Assembly (NCBI RefSeq): GCF_001194135.2
Contig: NC_068989.1
Location: 73,473,361 to 73,537,360 of the forward strand
DNA: 64,000 nucleotides
Direction: 5' to 3'
Origin: Octopus bimaculoides
Lineage: Eukaryota
The translations under genes and the position numbers were made by a program. The notes beneath the pieces are model-generated. The model made no database searches and was not told the origin of the DNA. It saw nothing but the letters and a program-made list of their open reading frames with translations. Below are positions 26,390 through 39,308 of the stretch, one piece after another. Each line of letters starts with the position of its first letter. Position 1 is the first letter of the stretch.

Positions 26390-27071
26390 ATAGGCAGATT
26401 AGTTGGTGGAGGTTCGTTTTCCATGGGTTCCCAAATGAGATTTGATTTCTTAACCACACAACCAAACTTGCATTTCTTTCAATAATGAGTGAGTGTATGT
26501 ATGTATGTATGTATATAGGTTGTGTGTGTGTGTTTGTTGTGTGTGCGTTGGTGGCTGTGTGTGTGTGTGTATGTGTCTAGATGTATGTGTGCAATATGAA
26601 TGAAGTTGTAAAGACAGTACGGTTTACCAAAGTTTAATCTGGCGAATTATCAAAATCCCACTGAAGACCAACTGTGAAAATATTGCTTATATAACATCCT
26701 GTACGGGTATGGTAGAAAAGAATAACATAAAATAGCAGGAGCTCAATGGAAAAGAAGGTGAGGATCGGAAGAGTTTGGTATGGCATGAAATTAGACAGCT
26801 CAGAATATATAAAGGGATTACAGAAATAAAGATGAAATAACATAACTAAATTATAATGACACTGAACATACATGATAAAATACTGAATATACACCACGAA
26901 ATATAATAAAATTGATTAATATAACAGGTGTGTAAACATATATGCAAAGATATATAAATTACGTGTCAAATTGTTTGAAAATGCTAACTATGTGAAAGTA
27001 AGAGGAACATACTCTTCCGGGTTTTGCTGGAAACTGTTGATGAAGTGTCAGTCATCAGAATTAGATATGAT

Positions 27072-27290
27072 TCATCATCATCGTCATCATCGTTTAACGT
27101 CCGCTTTCCATGCTAACATGGGTTGGACAATTTGACTGAGGATTGGCTGCACAATTTGACCAGATGGCTACACCAGGTTCGAATCTGATCTAGCAGAGTT
27201 TCTACAGCTGGATGCCCTTCCTAATGCCAACCACTCCGAGAGTGTAGTGGATGCTTTTATGTGCCACCGGCACGAGGGCCAGTCAGGTGT
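27072..27290 (-). mobile_element. RTE-a 3' end copy
   Basis: (CAT)n plus the conserved terminus. Confidence 0.8.
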
Positions 27291-27339
27291 TTGACATATT
27301 ATCATCGTCATCGTTTTAATGTTTGCTTTTCCATACTTA

Positions 27340-27723
27340 CAAGTGAAATCGTAGTCATGGCCAATGCCAGTGTCGCATATCTGGCACCAGTGCAGGTGGC
27401 ATGTAAAAAGCATCCTTCAAACTTTGGGCCTCACTGAGGCAGTGACAAGTGACCGAGACCTTTGGCACTACACCATACTTGAGAAGACCTGTCAAGCCAA
27501 GTGAGATTGTAGTCATGGCTGATGCTGGTGTTTTGTAACTGGCATCTGTGCTGGTGGCACATAAAAAGCACCCGCTACACTCTTGGTGTGGTTGGCATTA
27601 GGAAGGGCTGTAGAAACATGCCAAATCAAACTGGAACCTGGTGCAGCTGCTCAGCTTACCAGTTTTCTGTCAAACTGTCCAACCCATGCTAGCATGGAAA
27701 ATGGATGTTAAATGATGATGATG
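27340..27723 (+). mobile_element. RTE-a 3' end copy in opposite orientation
   Basis: Ends CCAACCCATGCTAGCATGGAAAATGGATGTTAAATGATGATGATG; includes ORF-end sequence (GGCCTCACTGAGGCAGTGACAAGTGACCGAGACC). Confidence 0.8.
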
Positions 27724-28927
27724 AGGAGGAGGAGGAGGACGGCGACGATGTATGTATGTATGTATGTATCAGATGATGGTACATTGGGGCAGTTTCTATG
27801 GTTGGATGTGCTTCCTCATGCCAAACTTTATTTGTTTGCAAGTGAGATGATAATTTCCTTATCTATCAGACAACAAACAGCCCGGGATGTTGGTTACATG
27901 GAGAGATGGAAGTAAATGATGGCCTTTTGTTTACAGTCAGTGAAAACACACAAAGATAACAGAAAATGTGAATTCAATCACACAAACACACACACACACA
28001 CACAGACATATGATAGTGTTCTTTCAGTTTCTGTGTACCAAATCCACTCACAATTCTTTGGTCAGCCTGGGACTGTAGTAGAAGAGTAGCACTGTATGCC
28101 CAAGGTGACATGCAATGAGACTGATCCCAATACCACATGGCTGTGATGCAAACCTGTTAACCACACAGCCATTTCTGCATCTATATACACACACACACAT
28201 ACACACACACACACACTGACCAACAGTCATACTATAATTGACCCTAGTTTATTTAGCTTGAAACTAGCTATGCAAGCACATTTCATTTATTAATAATCCT
28301 CCCTATTATAGGCACAAGACTGAAATTTTAGGGGATGGTTTAAGTCGATTATATTGACCCCAGTACTTGATTAGTACTTATTTTATCAACTCCAAAAGGA
28401 TGAAAGGCAAAGTTGACCTTGAACTCAATGTAAAGATGATGAAATACCACTAAGTATTCTATCCGTTCTGCTAACGATTCTGCCAGCTCACCGCCATTTT
28501 TCATTTCTTAATAATATAATTTGTTTGATTTCAGTTATAAAACAAGTTGGTTCAAAGCCAATACACTGTTTCAGAATGGCTAGATGTAGATCATGGGCAG
28601 TTAAATTTAAGGTTTATATTCAAAGCTTACGATATTCTAAGTGGAATATGAGAAGTTAAATCTTGAATAATATGTCCAAATCTTAACAAGTATTTCAGTC
28701 AAATGAATTATACCTCAGTGTATTCATATTTCCAAGAAGATATATAATATTATGAAATGAAATTGAATGCTGAACATAATGTTATGAAACAGGTGTAATT
28801 TGACCTCCTATTGCATTGTTGCTTATTACATTTAGTTTATCATGCATTGTGAAACAAGGAAAGTTAGGTTTGAAAGTATATTTAATGAGTTTAACTCATA
28901 CATATGATGTAAGTTCAAAAGCATCAT

Positions 28928-28974
28928 ATTAAATTAATACAAATTAAATTAATACAAATTAAATTAATACAAAT
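28928..28974. repeat. Perfect 15-bp tandem repeat, three copies
   Basis: (ATTAAATTAATACAA)3. Confidence 0.9.
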
Positions 28975-29960
28975 CTGCTTTACTTTAAAATTTGAAGTCA
29001 AGAACTATTTTTTTTGTAAAGAAAAGAAAATCTATCTGAAACAAGGGTGTCAATAATTAAATTTATTCAAGTGTTCAAAGTTTTGGTTTGCAATATAATA
29101 GAATTAATTATATGCTTGTAAATGTGTGTTTTTAAGATAAGAAAATGATATATTGCATTAAATAACGAGAAGATGAACTGATGTTAAAAATTAGATAAGA
29201 AATAGAAATTGAAAATATCAAAGATCTGTATATTATATTAAAAAGGGTATCTAATTTATTATGAAAGTTCCATATATTTCAATTTAGATAAATAAGACAG
29301 ATTGCATATGTCAAATATTCTTCACAACTGCAACAGTTCATATATTAAATAATTGACTTCACATATTATGATACAAATCTACTTTTGTGGGGTGAGGACA
29401 CCATGAGTTAAAACACTCTCTTAGGCAGTTTTATATTTTTTGCTATCTTACAAATGGTTTACAAATGATTTTTAGTGCAGACAACCCCTTATGTATGCAG
29501 CTAGAGATTGGTTCTTTTGAGGAAAGCAAGATCTTATATACGTCAGAAAAACAGGATGAATAACATTTGTTTGGAAAGCGGACGTTAAACGATGATGATG
29601 ATAATGATGATGTTTCTATGGTTTGAGGTAACGAATCAATTTCCATTCAATGTTACTGCCTGCTTTTTTTTCTCTTTAAGGGATCATATATATTTCAGAC
29701 AAGTTAATGTCTTTACTTATGAGCAGGTATCAGAATGTGTTCTTTGCATACATTCTGAATGGGTGTATTGGTTAATCCTATAAAAATATCTTGATGTAGT
29801 CTTGTATTAACTATTGTGCTATAAACAGTACCTTTGAAAATTCAACTATAATCAAGTGAATATTGAGTCAGATGCATGCAGTTGCAAAGATGTACATATT
29901 GGATGAATTATAGAGTTTGGTTTAAGCTCATAATTTATAAGAACTGTGAAAAATTTGGTA

Positions 29961-30382
29961 TCATCATCATCATCATCATCATCGTTTAACGTCCGCTTTC
30001 CATGCTAGCATGGGTTGGACGATTTGACTGAGGACTGGTGAAACCGGATGGCAACACCAGGCTCCAGTCTGATTTGGCAGAGTTTCTACAGCTGGATGCC
30101 CTTCCTAACGCCAACCACTCAGAGAGTGTAGTGGGTGCTTTTACGTGTCACCCGCACGAAAACGGCCACGCTCGAAATGGTGTCTTTTATGTGCCACCTG
30201 CACAAGCCAGTCCAGGGGCGCTGGCAACGATCTCGCTCGAAAATCCTACAGGAGCCAGTCAGGCGGTACTGGCAACGGCCACGCTCAAAATGGTGCATCT
30301 CATGTGCCACCCGCACAAGAACCAGTCCAGGGGCACTGGCAACGATCTTACTTGGCTTGCCGGGTCTTCTCACGCACAGCAC
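29961..30382 (-). mobile_element. RTE-a 3' UTR copy (apparently young)
   Basis: (CAT)n followed by CGTTTAACGTCCGCTTTCCATGCTAGCATGGGTTGGACG and array units; nearly identical to 1164-1441. Confidence 0.85.
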
Positions 30383-31502
30383 AAAAAAAACTTTTATAAT
30401 GTTCTTATTTATTAAAAATTTTATAATATGTGCAGCTGGGTGGATCAGTATTTTTTGGAGCAGTTGAAAGAATATTTTGAATATAAATGTGGAAACGTTT
30501 TGATTAAAAGGAGTGTTATACCAAGGTGGTGGTTCTTTTCATTTTTGGTTTTAATGTGAGTTTCTGAGTTATTTTTTCTCTTATGTAGCTAATGCTTTCA
30601 GGAATCAACTGTGTAATAGTGTCTTATTGGTAATATTCCTAAGCATCATTGAATGCTGCTTTGTTGGATGACAAGCTGGATATGCAAAGTGAGATGTTTT
30701 TTGACCAGGTTACACAAAACATTATTGGGGAGTCAATGTATGTTGTGCATAATATATCTGATTTTCTGCATGTTACAGAATTGTGAATTTTGTAAATTGA
30801 ACACTTCATCAAGATATTTCAATATCATAATGTTAGATTCAGTTGTTATTCAGTTGAGCTAAGCAAAATAACATACGAAAGTCCTTCCTGAATCTCTTAA
30901 TATTGTGTTTATGTATCTTTCTAAGTATAGCAAAACTGTTTGCACTGTATAAATTTCCGAGAACATGTGAGAACTTGGCATGTAAGCAAGTAAAGTTACT
31001 TTGTTTCACAATGTTGCTCCCATGCCTGTAGCAAATGGAATGTTTGAATGTTTCTTAATTCATATACAATTGTCAAAGAATAATGCTTGCCCTGACTTGT
31101 AGAGTTATATTGATTTCAGAATTAGTGATGGGTGAAAAGGTTTTTATGAAAGAACGAATATATCATACAAGCATATGTATTAAACAGCCTTAATTCAGGA
31201 CAAACTTATGTCTCAGTGACATATGATATAATATGATATAATAAATATGATATATATTATACGTAACCACAAATGCATAACAGGTTATATTATATATTAC
31301 TTGCATACACACATATACATGCACTCATACACATGTATGTAATACAAATAACTATTAGAAAATGGTTGTTTTTGGCTGCAGATTATCTCATATGATTCTC
31401 TTTGAGGAATTTCATCTCTTATAACTGCATCTTATATATCTTGAATATGTTGTATAAATGCATATGTCTTTTATATATATATGTGTGTGTGTGTGTAGAT
31501 AC

Positions 31503-32584
31503 CATCATCATCGTTTAATGTCCGTTTTCTATGCTGGCATGGGTTTGACGGTTTGACTGGGGACTGGCAAGCCAGGAGGCCACACCAGGCTCAAATCTGA
31601 TCTGGAAATGTTTCTACAGCTGGATGCCTTTCCTAATGCCAACCACTCAGGCAGCACTGGCATCGGCCACGTCTGGATGGTGCTTTTTATGTGCCACTGG
31701 CACAAGTACCAGTCAGGGCAGGAAATCTGGCATCGATCATGTTTGGATGGTGGTTTTTACATGCTACCTGCATGTGCTTTTAACATTCCACCTGGGGAGC
31801 CAATCAGGCGGCTCTGACAGTGACCCACACATGAATGGTTGCTTATTGCATGCCATCAGCACTGGTAATGGCCACAACTACAATTTCCATTTGATTGTGA
31901 TTTGATTTGATTTTGATTTACTTGACTCTATAGGTCTCCTCAAGCGCAGCATTTCACCCAACAATTCAAAGGCTGGTTATGTGACACTGGTGTAGGCTTC
32001 AGCTGTGATCTCACTTTCCTTGCCAGCTCTTCTCAATCACAGCATATCTCCAGAGGTCTCGGTCTTTTGTCATTGCCTCTGTGAGGCCCAGTGTTCAAAG
32101 GTCATGCTTCACCACCTCATCCCAGATCTTCCTGGGTCTCCCTCTTTCACGGGTTCCCCACACTGTTAAGGAGTGATACTTCTTTACACAGCTCTCCTCA
32201 TCCATACGTAACACATGACCATACCAGTGCAATCGTCCCTCTTGCACACCACATCCAATGCTTCTTATGTCCAACATCTCTCTCAGGGAACTTACACTTT
32301 GTCGTGTGTGCACACTGACATTACACATCCAGCGGATCATACTAGCATCATTTCTTTTAAGCCTACACATATCTTTAGCAGTCATGGCTCATATTTCACT
32401 ACTGTGTAGCATGGCAGTTCGCACACATGCATCGTATGATCTACTTTTCACTCTGAGCGAGAGGCCCTTTGTCACCAGTAATGGTAGGAGCTTTCTGAAC
32501 TTTGCCCAGGCTATTCTTATTCTAGTGGCAATGCTCTCTGAGCATCCACCCCCACTACAGACTTGGCCACCTAGGTAGCGGAAG

Positions 32585-32585
<1 letters not shown>
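31503..32585 (-). mobile_element. RTE-clade LINE (family RTE-a), 5'-truncated: RT C-terminus, 3' UTR tandem array and (GAT)n tail
   Basis: SFRYLGGQVCSGGGCSESIATRIRIAWAKFRKLLPLL...AMLHSSEI*AMTAKDMCRLKRNDASMIRWMCNV...RLHWYGHVLRMDEESCVKK...GRPRKIWDEVVKHDL* shows RTE motifs, with in-frame stops. Ends ...AGCATAGAAAACGGACATTAAACGATGATGATG. Confidence 0.9.
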
Positions 32586-32641
<56 letters not shown>

Positions 32642-33175
32642 GGTTGTGCTCCAGCATGACTGCAGCTTTAAAGTTGAAACAAAATATAAAGAGTTATATA
32701 TATGAAAATACCTTTTTTTTTTGGTTTGATAAGATCTTTGTTATTTATATCTGTTCTAGAAATGTCTCTTCTTCATTGTCTGAAATAATCATTTGTGATT
32801 CTGTTAAATCTTGAAGGTCTTCATATGTGACAGGTCTCATCACTTTGCAATAAATTCTGGATATCAATCAAACATTCGATCATCTCCTTCAAGTATATCC
32901 TCCTCCTCATCGTCATCATCATCAGCAGCACTACTATCATTCCAATGTACACTTTTCTATGCTTACATGGATCAGGTAGAATTTGTTGATGCAGATTTTT
33001 CTGAGGGCAAAACAATCTTCCTGCCATTATGCTTCAGTTGTTCCCAAGCAACATAATATTTCTCCATGACTGGATATGATTTTATGGATGAATGGATGCA
33101 AGTGATACTGTTTGTAAGATGGTCTGTCTGTTTGTCAGAGAGAGAGAAGGAGAGAGAGCTATATATATTCTTTAA

Positions 33176-33396
33176 CCCTTTGGCATTAAGATTATTCCGT
33201 CAAGTGTAAGGCTTTTTTATTCACATTTAAAAAAATTAATTATGCATTATCTTATAGCTTTGAGGTTTCAATGATGTGATTGTTTCTTCTTCAGAATGAC
33301 ATTGTAGGGTAGGTGTGAGATATCAGATCTGGCCAATTTAAACATAAATCAGGTAGAATATTTGGGCCAGATGTGGCCTGTTTAAATATCAAAGGG
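33176..33396 (+). mobile_element. piggyBac-like MITE copy
   Basis: TTAA|CCCTTTGGCATT...ATCAAAGGG|TTAA. Confidence 0.8.
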
Positions 33397-33543
33397 TTAA
33401 TTACCTATTAAAGTGTTACCCACAAAACACCTTAGAGTATGTTTAGTTCCTCTGAAGGAACTAAAGTTCCTCTGAAGGAATTTGTTTTTGTTTTGTTTTT
33501 TTGCTGCATATTTACTATAAATTTACATTGTACTCTTTCTCTT

Positions 33544-33585
<42 letters not shown>

Positions 33586-33705
33586 TCTCTCATACACACA
33601 CACATACACAAACACATGTGTTCACCTGCTAATGAGTTACCCAGGAAATACTTTAGGTTACACTGACTTGTTCCTCGTTCTTTCACAGTTATGTTACTCC
33701 CTTTC

Positions 33706-33747
<42 letters not shown>

Positions 33748-33879
33748 ACTCTGTGCCACATACTTACCATGTCTTCCATTCTGTTGCCACACACACACAC
33801 ACACACATACACACATTATAAATGAACCATAGTTTGAAGCATCTTCATTAGTCGGTAATGTGTTATTATGTGTTATTTA

Positions 33880-33918
33880 TCATCCATTAATTTCTGCTTG
33901 TATTTTTCTGTCTTCCAG
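33880..33918 (+). promoter_or_regulatory. Branch point, polypyrimidine tract and 3' splice site of the ACER3 exon
   Basis: CATTAAT branch-like motif followed by TTCTGCTTGTATTTTTCTGTCTTCCAG. Confidence 0.75.
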
Positions 33919-34029
33919 GGAATACCATTAGTAATCTTGTGATGATAATCCCACCCGTGTTTCTGGCTGTATTGGCATTGAGACAGAAACTCGAGATGAG
34001 GTTGCTGATGTGTAACATTAGTCTGCTAA
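33919..34029 (+). CDS. ACER3: Internal coding exon (exon 2 equivalent) of alkaline ceramidase 3 (CREST superfamily)
   Basis: Strong acceptor TATTTTTCTGTCTTCCAG|GG and donor AA|GTAAGT. The first 2 nt complete a W codon, then NTISNLVMIIPPVFLAVLALRQKLEMRLLMCNISLL plus 1 nt. From memory this aligns without gaps to human ACER3 WNTVSNLIMIIPPMFGAIQSVRDGLEKRYIASYLALTV, and the exon length (111 nt) and phases (1-1) match the vertebrate exon as I recall it. Absent from the ORF track because it is an internal exon. Confidence 0.9.
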
Positions 34030-34041
34030 GTAAGTAAATTA

Positions 34042-34850
34042 TTTCTTTTATCTTTGTATCTGTTTCTTCTTTCACTCTTTATATTTCATTTTAACTTTTT
34101 TTTATTACCCTTTCATTTTTACCTCATGTCTCTTACCCAATGTCTCTTAAATTTACCTTGCTACTTTTTAACCTCTTACTTTCACCCTCTTTATTTTTTC
34201 CATCTCTCTTACTCTGTCACTTTTACCCAATGCTTTTTACCCCTTCACTTTATACCCTTTCTCTTTTATCTCCTCTCTTTTACTCTATCATTTTTACTTT
34301 TCTCTTTTACTCTATCACTGTTCCCATTTCTTTTATTCTTTTTCCATTTCTCTTTTAACTTTTTTTTTACTCTATTTTCTTCGCACTTTCTCTTTTACTT
34401 AACTTGTTTTTTTTTATTTTATTCACTTTTATTCTGTACCATCTGTTCTATCTCTTTTACTCTACCAATTCTTCATAGCCTTCTTTTTCTTCTCTCCGTC
34501 TGATTTATTCTCATTTTGTTTTTCCTATCTTTTCTACCCCGTCTCTTTTATGCTACCATTTTTAACTCTTTCTCCTTACTCTTTCTATTTTTTCTATTTT
34601 ACCTTATCTCTTTTATCTATCTGTTCTATTCTTTCTTTTGATTCTATCTCCTTAGTTCTATCACTTCCTATTCTATTCCTCTTACTCTATCATTTTTAGC
34701 TCTTTCGCATTTGCTGTCTCTTTTCTTCTATTTTATTCTATCACTTTTACTCTTTACCACTTTCACTTTCCTCCTTAATCTAGTAATCTTAACTCTTCTA
34801 TCACATTTTATTCTCATATATGTTCCCTGTTGCTTTTTTATCTTTTCTTT
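34042..34850 (+). repeat. About 800-bp pyrimidine-rich low-complexity tract, degenerate (TCTTTTAC)n
   Basis: Almost entirely T/C with scattered A and rare G; CTCTTTTACTCT recurs; begins just after the exon donor. Confidence 0.85.
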
Positions 34851-35386
34851 CAGGAAAATTGTGAAGGTTGATTTTATCATATATATATATATATTTATAA
34901 ACAAAATTAAGGGTTCAGCAACAGGTTGCTTCACCACATACCAAAGTTATGTAATATATATATATATATATATATATATAACATGAAATACATAGATGTC
35001 CTTCAGCTAACTAGAACTCAGTGATGTTCTTTGTTTTTAGGCTAGACAGTATATTCTACCTATAGTCAAACTAACTTAGCAATATATACTACACCAACCG
35101 CATATAATTGACTCTTCTTATATCAGTCACTGATCAATATCAGAAGCAACTGTTAAGTTAGTGCTATAACATACTTAATGTAATGAGCACCGAAAATCTA
35201 ATTGGAAATGATTACGTGGTGAGGAAAAGATAGCATTAAATCATCATTGTTGTCATCGTCATCATCATTATCATCATCATTATTTCATATTTGTTGGTAA
35301 GCGTTGGACACTCAGCAATGCATGTAGACTTCATCTTACTGAGGTATTGATGAGAGGATCAGAGTAAATTTACAATCTTGTACGGT

Positions 35387-35549
35387 AGGCACAGGAATGG
35401 CTGTGTGGTAAGTAGCTTGCTTACGAACCACATGGTTCCAGGTTCAGTCCCACTGCGTGGCACCTTGGGCAAGTGTCTTCTACTTTAGCCTCGGGCTGAC
35501 CAAAGCCTTGTGAGTGGATTTGGTAGACGGAAACTCAAAGAAGCCCGTC

Positions 35550-35601
<52 letters not shown>

Positions 35602-35830
35602 GTGTGTGTGTTTGTGTGTCTGTGTTTGTCCCCCTAGCATTGCTTGACAACCGATGCTGGTGTGTTTATGTCCCCGTAACTTAGTGGTTCGGCAAAAGAG
35701 ACCGATAGAATAAGTACTAGGCTTACAAAGAATAAGTCCCAGTGTCGATTTGCTCGACTAAAGGCGGTGCTCCAGCATGGCTGCAGTCAAATGACTGAAA
35801 CAAATAAAAGAGTAAAAGGGTAAAAGAGTA
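35387..35830 (+). mobile_element. SINE-A full-length copy
   Basis: Complete head, linker, body and tail, colinear with 2710-3146. Confidence 0.85.
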
Positions 35831-36166
35831 GTTTGCATTGAAAATTAGTATATGTTAGAATATAAAGTACTCTGAGGCATTCTTTGCATAAAAAATAACA
35901 GTCAAGTTTATTGACCCCTAAAAAGGATGAAAGGTGAAGTTGACCTTAGTGGAATTTGAACTCATTATGCAAAGGGTCAAAAGAAACGCTGTGAAATATT
36001 TTGTCTGACAAGCTAACGATTGTGCCAGCTTGTAACCATAAGGTTTTAATCTATAACAATTTTTGTATGAGCCAATGAGGAAGTCTACATATTTACTCAA
36101 ACTGCTAGAGAAAGCAATCAAATAACACTCATATCATTTTAGAAAAGGAAGGACACATTGGAAAAA

Positions 36167-36552
36167 TTGTTGTTGGCACTCTGTCGCTTACGACGTCGAG
36201 GGTTCCAGTTGATGCGATCAACGGAACAGCCTGCTCGTGAAATTAACGTGCAAGTGGCTGAGCACTCCACAGACATGTGTACCCTTAACGTAGTTCTCGG
36301 AGATATTCAGCGTGACACAGTGTGACAAGGCTGTCCCTTTGACATACAGGTACAACAGAAACAGGAAGTAAGAGTGAGAGAAAGTTGCGGTGGAAGAGTA
36401 CAGCAGGGTTCGCCACCATCCCCTGCCGAAGCCTCATGGAGCTTTAGGTGTTTTTGCTCAATAAACCCTCACAACGCCCGGTCTGGGAATCGAAACCGCG
36501 ATCATATGTCTGCGAGTCCGCTGCCCTAACCACTGGGCCATTGCGCCTCCAC
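36167..36552 (-). mobile_element. SINE-B1 full-length copy nested in a family-C repeat
   Basis: Colinear with 12806-13191; family-C sequence continues on both flanks. Confidence 0.85.
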
Positions 36553-38130
36553 TGATCATGGTTAACCTGGGGTTAAACAACAACAGCTGCCAATATGTAT
36601 TTATACTATTTATTATAGTCTTGTGCCTATGTAGGCTTTATGTAGATGTTGTCCTTATTTAACCCTAGGTTAGCCTAATGAAGCAGATTTAGGTTCAAAG
36701 GATCAAAGACATTCTAGTTCTAGCTATGATCATTTAGTTAGGTGTGGGTAGGGTAATCCAGTACAATGTATCAAGGACTACATTTATTAATAGTCCTTCC
36801 CTTTTGTTTGTCCCTAAATAGTCATGTGATCAACTAGAAATAGCAGCCAAATTATCCTCTTATTTCAAATCCTATAGTCTTAGAAAAAGAAAAGACACAT
36901 TGATTAATGTAGTCCCAGATACGCTGAGGGTGGAAGTTCTTGTTGTTGTTGCTGTCATTGTCATTTAGTCTTCGATCAGCTCTGATCAGATAGAACTATT
37001 ATCAAAATCATAGTTTTGCATGATCATAGTGTGGTCATGACCATCCCATCTTTTTTCCTTGGCACAGTGGAATCTATATTAGCCAACCTGTCTTTCATTT
37101 CTAAGACTTAAAGTGTGTGATTTGAAGGAACTTTGCAATTATTTCTAGCAGGTCAAAGGACTATAATGAGGCTCTATTGTCTGAACTTATGAGTGTGTGT
37201 ATGTGTTTTGGGTTTGGGTTGGGAGTTTGTTTGTAAACAGAACTAGTAATTGTTAACTCCATATTGCATAAATTCTCAAGAATTACCTGGACCATAATGG
37301 AAGCTATGAACAAGAGGATTTAAAGTAAATATCTATGTCTTTGTGAAAAGCAATTCCATTGGTATTTTTGGCTACTGGTTATTTTGCAATCTTAATAATA
37401 CTTTGCAAGGATATCAAAGAATAGTTTTATAGAATAATGTCTTTTATTCACATTTGGAATATGATTTTCCGTTGTCTTTTTTCTTCGTTTTCTTTTCTTT
37501 TGATTTGTTTTGCTCTGTTTACATACATATGTATACCTAGTAGCATGCTTTCAATTTTACATGAATATGTACTCACATGAATATATACTTCCATATAAAA
37601 TGTTTATTTATACTTCCACACGAATATATATACTTATACATAAGCATGTGTCCTCACACATACATACACATATTACACACATAAGCATACAGGCATCATA
37701 ATTTTCATTGTATGCTTTCATTATGGTTAGATAAATATTTGATTTCTATATGCTGTGGTTGTTGTGGCTGTGATCAAAGTTATTCCTTTTAAACCATCCT
37801 ATTTGTGTTCCAGGCTTTGTATAGTCCAGTTTACATTATCCATTATGTCATTTTCCTTTTGAAACAATAAGGTATGATTTGTTGGAAATTTGGTTGATAT
37901 TTATTTTTAGAATGATCACATGCAGGCTTCCTTATTCATTTAATACATTTGTTATTAGAATTGTTGCCCTTTCTTCAGGCTACAAACTTTTGAGCAAGCC
38001 ACATGACTGGTACATATTTTAGCGTGAATAAGCAATTTGGGCTTTAGTTGGAAACGGAATTCAGAATATAAAGGACTGTGACTAAATACCACTAGCGTTT
38101 TCTTTTTATCTCCTAAGTTCACTGCTTGTT

Positions 38131-38430
38131 GATGGAGTGAGGAAAGCTTTGGTGGTTAGAGGTGTTGGAGTGAGAGAGGCAAGAGAATTTATAAATGATA
38201 GAAAAACTTGGAGAGTGTTTGTGGATGGATGAGTGAATTTGATGTTGCTCAAAGAGGTACGGAACCAGCATGATGCGGTGGGGGTAAACCAGCATATGTT
38301 GTCGGGCCCCACTGCTGATATTGGGGGTTGCATTCTATGCCTTGATCCGAGCATAGAACGGGGCTCACCTTTTTGAGTTGGGAAATGAATGGAATGCCTG
38401 GTGTGTGTCTTGTGGCTACCCCCTCCTAAA
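38131..38430 (+). mobile_element. 3' end of a third RTE-like LINE family
   Basis: DGVRKALVVRGVGVREAREFINDRKTWRVFVDG* (38131-38232) fits the RTE C-terminal DGVxxAL..R....EAR...DR..WR pattern, followed by a GC-richer putative 3' UTR. Confidence 0.6.
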
Positions 38431-38831
38431 AAACTGGGGAATAGGCCTAGATATATAATAAAAGAAAAAAGTTCACTGCTCTACAAAGCTGGATATGCTG
38501 ATGATGCTGTCAGCTGATTCTGACTAGCAGAATGTATCCTTTCAGCAAGAAACAGAAGTGCAGATACTCCAATCTAGTTTCTAATAACAGTTTCGAAGGT
38601 AGGTACAACGCCAGAAATCTCAAATCTTGGAACATTTTATTATAGTACCCCAAGTATGTAACTGGTACTTCATTTTATCAATCTCAAAAGAACATAAAGT
38701 AGTGTTCCACTGACCCTATAGTACCCAGCTGGTATCAATCCTGACAAGAGGAAAAGCAAAGTTAACTTCAATGGAATCTGAACTCAGGACTATTTTATCT
38801 GGCACAGTAACAATTCTGCCAGTTTGCTACC

Positions 38832-38869
<38 letters not shown>

Positions 38870-38870
<1 letters not shown>

Positions 38871-39308
38871 CTTGGAACCACAGATTTTCTTGTCAGTTGT
38901 TTGACCTTAACCAGTTGAGCATGTCCCTTGGTGGCTGACGATATGTGCATCTCTGATCACGAGCAGAAGCAGTGGGGTAGCATCATAGCCATGTGTTGAG
39001 AGGAATTCTTTGGGGTTTGGATAATTCACCTTTGGAAACATGGGTGTTTTGCTCATCATCCTTAAACAAACCTTATTCAGGGACCTTTTGAGCGGGATGG
39101 GCTACTCGACCTGAAGAAAATTCTAACTGGTCCCCATCTGCGAGGTCATGCGCTGTTTATCTTGATATGAGATCACAATGTTGCACACATATAGTTGTAA
39201 TGGATGTGCCTGGTGTACCCTTATCAGACAGGTAGTCATGATGGGTATACAGGATTTTGTATATTTTACCCCAGTGTCACTTTGATGGTATGCACTGCTC
39301 TCTCACTC

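Noticed and set aside
27010-27030. CTTCCGGG ETS-like motif as a possible ACER3 promoter
   Set aside because: A single short motif with no first coding exon found downstream.
29471-29563. Protein-looking frame ADNPLCMQLEIGSFEESKILYTSEKQDE* after TTTTTAG
   Set aside because: Short, with no recognised homology; expected by chance in 64 kb.
30644-30737. Candidate 94-nt exon SLNAALLDDKLDMQSEMFFDQVTQNIIGES with a GTATGT donor
   Set aside because: Weak acceptor, no similarity to the ACER3 N-terminus, and its phase is incompatible with the downstream exon.
34054-34503. 149-aa very hydrophobic ORF resembling a membrane protein
   Set aside because: It is a translation of the T/C-rich low-complexity tract (F/L/S bias).
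38491-38511. GYADDAV, resembling the RT YADD motif
   Set aside because: A stop follows two codons later and there is no flanking RT similarity; probably chance.
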